Made by a program: the position numbers and the translations under genes
IMG/VR virus record: IMGVR_UViG_3300022413_000352
Span: 2,903 to 66,902 of that record
DNA length: 64,000 nucleotides
Source of the DNA: a virus
Strand: one strand, 5' to 3'
Shown here: positions 56,397 through 64,000 of the stretch, one piece after another
How the letters are laid out: every line of letters starts with the position of its first letter
How positions within the stretch are numbered: position 1 is the first letter of the stretch
Notes under the pieces: model-generated
Databases searched by the model: none
What the model saw: only the letters and a program-made list of their open reading frames with translations
Told to the model about the DNA's origin: nothing

Positions 56397-57596
56397 TTAC
56401 CTCAAATTAGATGCTGTGGTCTCGCCATATCGTTCAGTCAACTCGGTCACGCTAAGTTGCCGCCCTGTGGTAGACCGGATCAAGTCTCGTAACGTTAATT
56501 TACCATCACGCCATAAATTGTACGTACCCGTTCCAAGGATTTCACGTTGTTCGGTTGCGGTTTGCCTCCTTAAAAATGCGTCAAATGTGGTATTGTCGGG
56601 AATCTTCCCATCTAACGCTTGCCGCTGTGACTGATTCAATTCTTTAACTCGCGCCTTGGTATAAGCCCGATCGCTCTTTTCAATATCGCTTACACGTCGA
56701 AGCTCGGGCGTGTAAAAGTTCCGTTCACCCACATGGTAGGGCATCCCACCTAGATAGGCATGGCTTTGACGCCCATCGAGACGCCGCAACGGCTCAAGGC
56801 TCGGTATCCGGTAGCGGTTGCCGTGCCGAGCAATACTAATCGCTACCGTTCGAGTATCAAATGTGGCGACGTCCCGGATGGATCGGATAAAATCATCGTT
56901 ATTTTTATACATCGTGATCCGGGCTTGGTTGTGCACAGCGCTCTGCCAAGTCCGGTAAAACGCTTGCGACTGAGCCGAAGTGACACTTGCCACACTACGC
57001 GGTCCCAACCGTCCAGCAGTAGACCCTCTCAACCCAACGAGTAAATCGTTTAAAGTCGGACCTTCCGTCAATGATCCCAGCCACGCACTACGCAACCGTC
57101 GGGTGAAATTATCCCGGATATTCTCTAACCATACCGTAGCTTCGCCTCGGAACACATTGGGCGTACCTGGTCCTGCCGGGCTGGGAAACACCGTTGTATC
57201 GATAGTCTGCTCAATTTGGGCGGGGGTAATGGTGTTACGCATGAGGGGCGCGCCTGTGGCACGATTGATGAGATCGGCGTGTAGATTTAACTCAGATGCA
57301 ACGGTGTCCCCTAATGTCTCTTTAAGGGCGTCATATAGACTATCTTTACCCAACAAAGCGGTATCAACTAGCGGTAGAATTTCGTCCATCAGACGATCCA
57401 ACCGAGCCCGCTGCGCTGCCAGACGCACCACGTTTGTTGGATCGCGACTTGTGCGCCGAGTCAACGTCTCGATGGCATCTATCAGATGCAGTAATCGCCT
57501 ATTGATCAGTCTGCGCTGATTCGCTGCGAGTCTCTCGATCCGTATCTGCTGATTCATCGTCGCGTTCAGTATTTTGTCGTTCGCCGATTCCGCCAT
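56397..57596 (-). CDS. Minor head protein (SPP1 gp7 / Mu gpF-like)
   Basis: ATFDTRT; P.H..ER; GKIPDNTTFDAFLRRQ..ILG..L.R.G.L; follows the portal. Confidence 0.75.
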   Translation of the reverse strand: MAESANDKILNATMNQQIRIERLAANQRRLINRRLLHLIDAIETLTRRTSRDPTNVVRLAAQRARLDRLMDEILPLVDTALLGKDSLYDALKETLGDTVASELNLHADLINRATGAPLMRNTITPAQIEQTIDTTVFPSPAGPGTPNVFRGEATVWLENIRDNFTRRLRSAWLGSLTEGPTLNDLLVGLRGSTAGRLGPRSVASVTSAQSQAFYRTWQSAVHNQARITMYKNNDDFIRSIRDVATFDTRTVAISIARHGNRYRIPSLEPLRRLDGRQSHAYLGGMPYHVGERNFYTPELRRVSDIEKSDRAYTKARVKELNQSQRQALDGKIPDNTTFDAFLRRQTATEQREILGTGTYNLWRDGKLTLRDLIRSTTGRQLSVTELTERYGETTASNLR

Positions 57597-59124
57597 TTGT
57601 GAACTCGTTGGTTAAAAGTTCATCCGCTTCAAGTTCCCGCCTAGCTTGCCAGGTTTCAAAGTCCCCGATATGTTCCGGTGCCAGCATCTCACCCTGTGAC
57701 AACTGATGATGGACGTCTTGTGCCGTCATCGTGCCGCTTTGTAAACTAGTGACTAGCGACATCAGCATCTGTGGGGTGAGTCCAACCGGTAGAAAGTCGG
57801 TATTGATCTGGACGGATACCCGCTCATCATCCGGGTCTTCTGTCAATCCCATCCAGTAACAATGCTTACGTAGCGCTTTCGTGACGCCCATCGACACCAT
57901 GTTGACACGGCTTTGTAGGATCGACTGTTCACCCATGTGACGCCATGCCACCGTCTCAGCAGCTTCGACACCACGTGCCGCTTGCTGATTCGATAGTAAC
58001 CGCGATCCCAGTACAGCCATCTCAGCTTTGACTGCTTCAAGTTGCTCACGTAAGGCGTCAGACTGTGCGCCACCGGGTTCAACTAGAATGACTTGGGTGT
58101 TTTCACGGGTGGCGATATTCTGGACAGCCGTACCACCCAACCGAATCGGGTCAGTTCCCAAATCGGGTCCAACCACAAATAGCGTCTTGAGCATTGTCCA
58201 GTGCAGGGACCATTTCAACGCGGCTGACGTTTGATAGTATGAGATACACTTTTCAGCCAGTGCCAATAAGTCCGGTTTAGGCGGGGTAACGTCCAAATCA
58301 TTCGCGTTGATCATGACAAATGGAATAAAGGACAGCGGCGCTTCAAAACGAGTCGGAACAACCCGGGATTCTAGGACAAATTCCTCTGCACCGTTCTCGC
58401 TTTGATTCTTTGTCCAGGTTACAACCGCATATCTTGGGGCTGTCACCGATTGATTACCCACATTTACGACCGGCATCTCTGTAATGACTAACTCTTGCCA
58501 GATGGTACTGACTTCCTTTTCGTAGGGGTCATCCTTCTTAGGCATGATCCGCTCTTCTTCCAAGATCACGCGAGTGAGGATCGGAAGTCCCAACCGGTCG
58601 GTACGATCCCAATTAATGATAGATTCAGCCGGTACGCTTTTCCAATGTGGTCGGCGCTGATCAGCTGGCGTTCGACTATCCGGTTGATCCACCATGATAC
58701 CGACGCGGGAAGTCGTGAGCATCTGTTTCATAACTTCGGCGCAAAACGCATCGAGAGGCAATCCAGTGTTAGTAATATCTGACAAGTGAGGATCAACCCG
58801 TGCCCGCCACTCTTCCGGCATTTCGATCTCTACCGGCTTACGAAAAATCAACCCTAGAAAGCCCTCAACCGTCCGTTCAGCCGCGCCAAACCAGTCGGCA
58901 AAGTCGAGATACGTGTCATAGTCGTTTTCTGCTATGTTACTGTAAACAGATGGCGTAGAGTCGGTATACTGAAGAGTACCCGCGTAATAGTCCGGCATAC
59001 CTGACGGCGCACGCAAATAGGTGGTGCGCTTCTCTTTGATTGCAGTTTGACCATTGACGCTATCGCGGCATTTTATCCACTGTTGGTAGCGTTTGGTGTA
59101 GTCAGGATGCCGACTGTTTTGCAT
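57499..59124 (-). CDS. Portal protein (DUF4055-type)
   Basis: HPDY..W..RD..G..IK..YL; GLIFRKP; IINW; IPFV; LAE..YYQTSA; INTDF. Confidence 0.85.
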   Translation of the reverse strand: MQNSRHPDYTKRYQQWIKCRDSVNGQTAIKEKRTTYLRAPSGMPDYYAGTLQYTDSTPSVYSNIAENDYDTYLDFADWFGAAERTVEGFLGLIFRKPVEIEMPEEWRARVDPHLSDITNTGLPLDAFCAEVMKQMLTTSRVGIMVDQPDSRTPADQRRPHWKSVPAESIINWDRTDRLGLPILTRVILEEERIMPKKDDPYEKEVSTIWQELVITEMPVVNVGNQSVTAPRYAVVTWTKNQSENGAEEFVLESRVVPTRFEAPLSFIPFVMINANDLDVTPPKPDLLALAEKCISYYQTSAALKWSLHWTMLKTLFVVGPDLGTDPIRLGGTAVQNIATRENTQVILVEPGGAQSDALREQLEAVKAEMAVLGSRLLSNQQAARGVEAAETVAWRHMGEQSILQSRVNMVSMGVTKALRKHCYWMGLTEDPDDERVSVQINTDFLPVGLTPQMLMSLVTSLQSGTMTAQDVHHQLSQGEMLAPEHIGDFETWQARRELEADELLTNEFTNGGIGERQNTERDDESADTDRETRSESAQTDQ

Positions 59125-59127
59125 GTT

Positions 59128-60549
59128 TTAGAATCCTAATGCTCTAACCTTGGCTACGGTTGGCGGTTCGTACCCACTAATAGCGTACCGGGTTTCATCG
59201 TAAATATGATCCTCTGAATCGGTATCCACGTCCATGTTGTTCTTTTCGTTCAACGGCAACACCGGTATCGTCCGCACAAACTGCCGACACGTATCGAATA
59301 CATACAGCCCCGGACCCTCATTCGGTGAATGTAACGCATTGTAAAACCGCGATCGCATATTGACCAATCCGGTTGCTCGACTTCCTGGACCTTTACTCGA
59401 TCGTTCCCAGCGCATACCTAAGCCGTCCTCTATCGTGGATCCGTTGGTTACATCAAATATTTGGTTATCAGCCGGGCCCGGTTTCATCTGAGCAATCCCG
59501 TACAGATTACACACCTGCTCTTCAGCATCCCGGATCATGCGCCCCATCTCATTGTATGATAAGCGCAGCCCCTCATTAGATTTGCCATTCCAGCCATACA
59601 ACTCGCCGATTCGGATCATGGTATGCGGTGGAAAGTAGCGCCCGTCGCTCGTTTCTTCACCATTACTTACCGCCCAAAATCCCACAGAGAACGGGGCAGA
59701 GCTGCCGTAGTCAAATGACCGGAAGAACGCCCAACTAGACGGTGGTACGAACGGCGTTAGAATATGCGTCTGAGGATCCCACACATCCGCAAATGCCGCA
59801 CCCTCTGCAATGTCCCAGTCGCCGTAACGCCAAGCCCTTAGTAATGATTCATTGCCAGCAGCCGATGCCACGATCCGCTCCCAATACAGAGGATCGTTTG
59901 CCATCAGGATTAGATTCTGATCCAACGTCGAGGGGATGTAAACCCGTTCCACCTTAATCTCAATATTACCAATGGTATCGACTGAGGTAAATGGCGTAAA
60001 CGGTGGGGCAGGGTCGATATACCGGGCTTTGACCCACTGATGCCCAACACCCCCAGGGTTTGCTGTGGCTCTGAAATAGGTGGGAATACCGGCAGACGAT
60101 CTCAAAGTAGCACGCAGCATATCGATCGCGCGGGAATCCGGCCACTGAGTGAGTTCATCGACAGCCACGAGTGAGTAACTAAACCCTTGCTGTAGTGAGG
60201 CATCTTTAACCGACTGCAAATGCCGCATCCGAAAGATAGCGCCATTTTGCCAGCGCCATGTCTTTTCAGTGTGGTTAAAATGCCCGCCCGATGCCACGTA
60301 TGGGAAGATGGCACGAGAGCGCTCGATCAGTTCTTCTAGTTCAGGGTATGATCGCCGAACCAGTAAACATCTTGCAGAGTCTGGATAAGCCGCGATATGA
60401 GCCGCGATATCACCAAGCAAAGCATCCGACTTGCCCCCACCACGAGCGCCACCAAATAACGCATCTGGACCGGGATACGAGACAAACGAGTGTTGACGTG
60501 GCATGGGAGTCCATACAACTTTTGTGGTTGGCTCCATTACGGTACTCAA
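59128..60549 (-). CDS. terL: Terminase large subunit
   Basis: FGGARGGGKS; VAVDELTQW; ATANPGGVGHQWVK; RSFDYG; EDHIYDETRYA. Confidence 0.92.
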   Translation of the reverse strand: MSTVMEPTTKVVWTPMPRQHSFVSYPGPDALFGGARGGGKSDALLGDIAAHIAAYPDSARCLLVRRSYPELEELIERSRAIFPYVASGGHFNHTEKTWRWQNGAIFRMRHLQSVKDASLQQGFSYSLVAVDELTQWPDSRAIDMLRATLRSSAGIPTYFRATANPGGVGHQWVKARYIDPAPPFTPFTSVDTIGNIEIKVERVYIPSTLDQNLILMANDPLYWERIVASAAGNESLLRAWRYGDWDIAEGAAFADVWDPQTHILTPFVPPSSWAFFRSFDYGSSAPFSVGFWAVSNGEETSDGRYFPPHTMIRIGELYGWNGKSNEGLRLSYNEMGRMIRDAEEQVCNLYGIAQMKPGPADNQIFDVTNGSTIEDGLGMRWERSSKGPGSRATGLVNMRSRFYNALHSPNEGPGLYVFDTCRQFVRTIPVLPLNEKNNMDVDTDSEDHIYDETRYAISGYEPPTVAKVRALGF

Positions 60550-61139
60550 TCCACTATCTCCCGTGATTCAGTCTCAATCGAATTCGCTGCTGACCATTCA
60601 GCGACACTAGACGCCTTAGCTGGTAACTCAGTCGTGTAGTTTACCTCTAATGTATGGACATTATCCTTTTCGTACATCCCCAGATGACGTGCCGCCATGT
60701 CCAACGCCTTCAACTTATCCCATGTCCGAACCGATACCGTCCGCGTTCCACTTGGCTTGTCCGTAATGACCACACTCGCGATCGCCGCCACTGCGTCATC
60801 ACTCATCTCTCGTGCCGGTCGAAACTGAAGTGCGCCTTTTTCCCAATCCAAAATCTCGCGCATGTCCGCAAACGCGATTCGGGCAATTTCTTTTAATACC
60901 CGTGGTACTGTTAGCTCACCGCTGTTTCCGTTGTGTCCGTGCCAGGAAGCGGCAAGGGCTTCGCGTATCTTATCTTGTTGTAGTAGATTATTCGCGATCT
61001 GTTGGGCACGCTTTTCACTGACTTCCGTATAACCCGCTTCATTGTAAGCCTTTACAGGATCAAAGCCACATAATGGGAGTTGACGGACAAATTCTGCTTG
61101 CTTCTCAGATAAGCTCAAACTAGAGTGTTGGTAACCCAC
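60546..61139 (-). CDS. terS: Terminase small subunit
   Basis: LSEKQAEFV..AY..AGY; RVLKEIARIAFAD; DKLKALDMAARHLGM. Confidence 0.85.
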   Translation of the reverse strand: MGYQHSSLSLSEKQAEFVRQLPLCGFDPVKAYNEAGYTEVSEKRAQQIANNLLQQDKIREALAASWHGHNGNSGELTVPRVLKEIARIAFADMREILDWEKGALQFRPAREMSDDAVAAIASVVITDKPSGTRTVSVRTWDKLKALDMAARHLGMYEKDNVHTLEVNYTTELPAKASSVAEWSAANSIETESREIVD

Positions 61140-61145
61140 GTTTTA

Positions 61146-61787
61146 TTACCCTACGACAACATTCATCTGATTGACCTTGGTAAAGAGTCGATCAATATGC
61201 TTTTGGTAAACCATGCCTAACCGCTCCGAGGTTTCGCGCCATTTTGCCGCTGGGGATTCGCCTTGTCCCACGTTGTTGGTTGCTGGTATCGGAGGAATAT
61301 CATTGTAAAAACTGGCGATTGCTTCAGCCACCATAGACGCAGTAAGCACCCGAACCACTGGCACATAAACATCTGACAACGTGCATGGATCGGACACCCA
61401 GGTATGGACGCCCGTATAGGTCACATTCATACTAGCGGCGGGCACTAGAGTTTGATCAAAATCAAGTATGTCTACGGTTGCACTAGGGTAAACCCGATAC
61501 GTCTTAGGATGAACAAACACAAGTGGGCGGTTGCCAGTGGGGTATTCAATCCGGCATATCGTTGAGAACCCTTGAACCCACCCAGATGGTACTGGTGCGG
61601 TGTTGGCATCCGTAATCGAAACTGCTTCAAATAAGGTGGCAGGGAATTCAAGCGAGAATGCGTTAACTGCACGTTGTGCATGTTCTGATAGCCAGGTACT
61701 CGTATTACCAATATTGCTATGAATGACAATAAACTGCGTCCAACCCTCAGAAATCAAATCAACCACGCTGTCAGGATCAAACGCCAT
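61146..61787 (-). CDS. Putative head-tail adaptor
   Basis: VPSGWVQGFS..IEYPTG..VTYT..H; C-terminal helical KWRE..Y segment. Confidence 0.45.
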   Translation of the reverse strand: MAFDPDSVVDLISEGWTQFIVIHSNIGNTSTWLSEHAQRAVNAFSLEFPATLFEAVSITDANTAPVPSGWVQGFSTICRIEYPTGNRPLVFVHPKTYRVYPSATVDILDFDQTLVPAASMNVTYTGVHTWVSDPCTLSDVYVPVVRVLTASMVAEAIASFYNDIPPIPATNNVGQGESPAAKWRETSERLGMVYQKHIDRLFTKVNQMNVVVG

Positions 61788-61795
61788 AACGCCTC

Positions 61796-64000
61796 CTAGA
61801 AGAAAACCTTTTGTAAAATCAAACTATTACGAGGATTGTATAACACATCAATTTTAATCGGCAACACAACAGTCCCATTTGATAATGTTAAACGATCCCC
61901 AGCTTCCACTACCGTATCATGTGACATAATGGCATGCCCTGATGATCTCACTGTTCGACCACTACTATCATGCACATCTAAATGGGTAGGGAAAATAAAG
62001 GCATTCACAGTTACAGAGTCATCATAAGTCGGTTCACCATATGTTGATACTGCTGATCGATTCTCAATTCGTATGGTTTGAGTTATCCCTGTCCGTTGAT
62101 ACCATGAAAAGGTTGCGTCAAGCCGGGTTTCCCAAGAAAACGGTGGGGTACCGGTATTGATTGTTATTCCATCAAGTGTAATGGTAGCAACGCCCGCGAT
62201 TCGTAGCGCACCAACTGCCGAAGTACTCAGGGCACCAAGAGTGACCGTAGAATCAGCTGTAATCGGGAGTGCACCAGTTGCTGAAGTTGTTAGGGCACCT
62301 AGAGTTATAGTACTTGTGCCAACAATCGGTAATGTACCGGTTGCTGAAGTACTTAATGCACCAAGGGTAATTTGGGCATTACCTGTCCGCGCAAGCTGTT
62401 CACTACCCACTGTTAGGAATGCGCCGGGGTCAGACTGAGAATTGTAGTCGGTAATGTTCCAGTCTGCGCTACGAACAACGTTGCTGATGCGGACTTCATC
62501 GAACACGCCATTTGTACATCGAGTCGTTGTGCCAGGGCGTGAACCAATTCTTAAATCAGTCGTAGCGGTAAGGTCTAAACCAACTAAACTTGTGTCGGTT
62601 ATTTTCGTATAGTCTGCTGTGGTGTTAGTGCCATTTTTATAAATAACAAGAGCGTCTGCGCTATTGTCCCATGTAAAACTGTATAAGAAATACCCCTCTT
62701 CAACCGTGTATGCAAGAGATGGGTCTTGATACTGCTTTAGGGCACCAGTCGTGGCCTCTAGCACAATCTCCATTTTACCGGTCGAGCCAGTCCCTCCAGT
62801 CCCAATAAAGAAACCGGGGACTGCGCCAAGTGCGCCGAGTGCTCTATCTGCAAGCCAACAATCTTGCCCAGTGGCCGTTGCCATATCTACCCAAAAAGAG
62901 GCTGTAAAGTCTCCTGTGCCAATGGTTACAGCACCGCAATCAATAACGTCATCTGTTCCGTCAAAGGCAATTCCACTACCGATTTGGCTGCTTAAAAGGT
63001 CTTCAGTCAACATGGTTCCAGAACTCGTGCCGTCATTGGAATTTGACGTCGAGTCCAACATTTGCGGCGCACCACCAGATGGATCCTGATTCATGTGCTG
63101 AACCATCACAAAATCAGTCGTCCACACACCTTCACTATTAGCCTGTGAGCCGATCGTTGCATCGCCATAGTACATCCGAATAACTTTATCAACTGACGAT
63201 GTCAGAGATGGTATCTTAACCCATGCGACAAGTGTGCCTGTCCCGCTATCATACGACTCTATTTCATGAGAAAGCTTTGTGATCCCATCTGTTTCAAAAA
63301 AAGCAATATCATTACCGCTTGACTGTGCACTACTACCCACATCTGTATCCACAATAGAGACAAGCATGGGATAATCTGTCTGTGTTGACGGTACAAGTGT
63401 ATTATCAACTGTTATAGTTTTATAGTATAACCAGTTTGGGGGTAGGGCAGCTTCACTTGCATTAAGTGTTAGTGCCCCAAGGGTAATCGTAGAGTCAGCC
63501 GTAATCGGTAGCGTGCCAGTTGCTGAAGTTGTCAGTGCACCAAGAGTGACCGTAGAGTCAGCCGTAATTGGCAATATACCCGTGGCTGAAGTTGTCAATG
63601 CGCCGAGAGTTATTGACGCAGTACCGAGAATCGGGACATCTCCAATCACACCAGTAGACGATAGCGTCAATGCGCCAAGGGTAATGGTAGAATCAGCCGT
63701 AATTGGCAATGTACCCGTAGCTGAAGTCGTTAGAGCGCCGAGGGTGACCGTAGAATCAGCCGTAATCGGTAGTGCACCAGTTGCTGAAGTCGTTAGAGCG
63801 CCGAGGGTGACCGTAGAATCAGCCGTAATCGGTAACGTGCCAGTGGCTGAAGTCGTCAGAGTGCCAAGGGTGATCGTAGAATCAGCCGTAATCGGTAACG
63901 TGCCAGTGGCTGAAGTCGTCAGAGTGCCAAGGGTGATCGTAGAATCAGCCGTAATCGGTAACGTGCCAGTGGCTGAAGTCGTCAGAGTGCCAAGGGTGAT
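61796..64000 (-). CDS. Head-closure-like protein fused to 21-aa repeats and DUF2341/LamG domains (5' end beyond window)
   Basis: Frame appears open past 63709 through the repeats to the window end; C-terminal STYGEPTY..DSSGRTVRS..GDRLTL stopper-like domain. Confidence 0.6.
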   Translation of the reverse strand: MTLGTLTTSATGTLPITADSTITLGTLTTSATGTLPITADSTITLGTLTTSATGTLPITADSTVTLGALTTSATGALPITADSTVTLGALTTSATGTLPITADSTITLGALTLSSTGVIGDVPILGTASITLGALTTSATGILPITADSTVTLGALTTSATGTLPITADSTITLGALTLNASEAALPPNWLYYKTITVDNTLVPSTQTDYPMLVSIVDTDVGSSAQSSGNDIAFFETDGITKLSHEIESYDSGTGTLVAWVKIPSLTSSVDKVIRMYYGDATIGSQANSEGVWTTDFVMVQHMNQDPSGGAPQMLDSTSNSNDGTSSGTMLTEDLLSSQIGSGIAFDGTDDVIDCGAVTIGTGDFTASFWVDMATATGQDCWLADRALGALGAVPGFFIGTGGTGSTGKMEIVLEATTGALKQYQDPSLAYTVEEGYFLYSFTWDNSADALVIYKNGTNTTADYTKITDTSLVGLDLTATTDLRIGSRPGTTTRCTNGVFDEVRISNVVRSADWNITDYNSQSDPGAFLTVGSEQLARTGNAQITLGALSTSATGTLPIVGTSTITLGALTTSATGALPITADSTVTLGALSTSAVGALRIAGVATITLDGITINTGTPPFSWETRLDATFSWYQRTGITQTIRIENRSAVSTYGEPTYDDSVTVNAFIFPTHLDVHDSSGRTVRSSGHAIMSHDTVVEAGDRLTLSNGTVVLPIKIDVLYNPRNSLILQKVFF
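63470..64000 (-). repeat. 63-bp tandem coding repeats (LPITADSTxTLGxLTTSATGx)
   Basis: Period 63 bp; last units identical; related copies at about 62170-62380. Confidence 0.85.

Noticed and set aside
63470-64000. Regular repeats suggesting a CRISPR array
   Set aside because: 63-bp tandem units with no unique spacers, in frame within a protein; no cas genes
1-64000. tRNA, rRNA, integrase, anti-phage defence or toxin-antitoxin genes
   Set aside because: None recognised by eye; a tRNAscan or HMM search could still find divergent ones

Overview
The window holds most of a tailed (siphovirus-like) dsDNA phage genome. Minus strand, 53.1-64 kb: terminase small and large subunits, DUF4055-type portal, gpF/gp7-like minor head protein, scaffold, P22-coat-like major capsid and head-completion genes. 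Minus strand, 0-21.3 kb: neck, tail tube, frameshifted tail chaperones, tape measure, distal tail, and a NlpC/P60-fused tail tip. Between these lie lysis and nuclease genes, a primase-helicase, and an early operon with RHH, excisionase-like HTH, RecT and HNH genes. The most striking feature is a compact ~13.6-kb plus-strand conjugation-type T4SS operon (39.5-53.1 kb): pilin-like, TraL/E/K/B/V-like, VirB4/TraC, TraH-like, split TraG-like, TraF-like, lytic transglycosylase, TraU-like, TraD coupling protein and a terminal lipoprotein. It abuts the capsid operon. I could recognise no relaxase, integrase or ParA in the window. Also present: a 408-bp non-autonomous IS200/IS605-like element with TnpB-omegaRNA-like features, inserted exactly at the tail-tube start codon; several signal-peptide-bearing glycan-active-like proteins; and hairpin arrays. 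All protein calls come from motif recognition by eye, not database searches.
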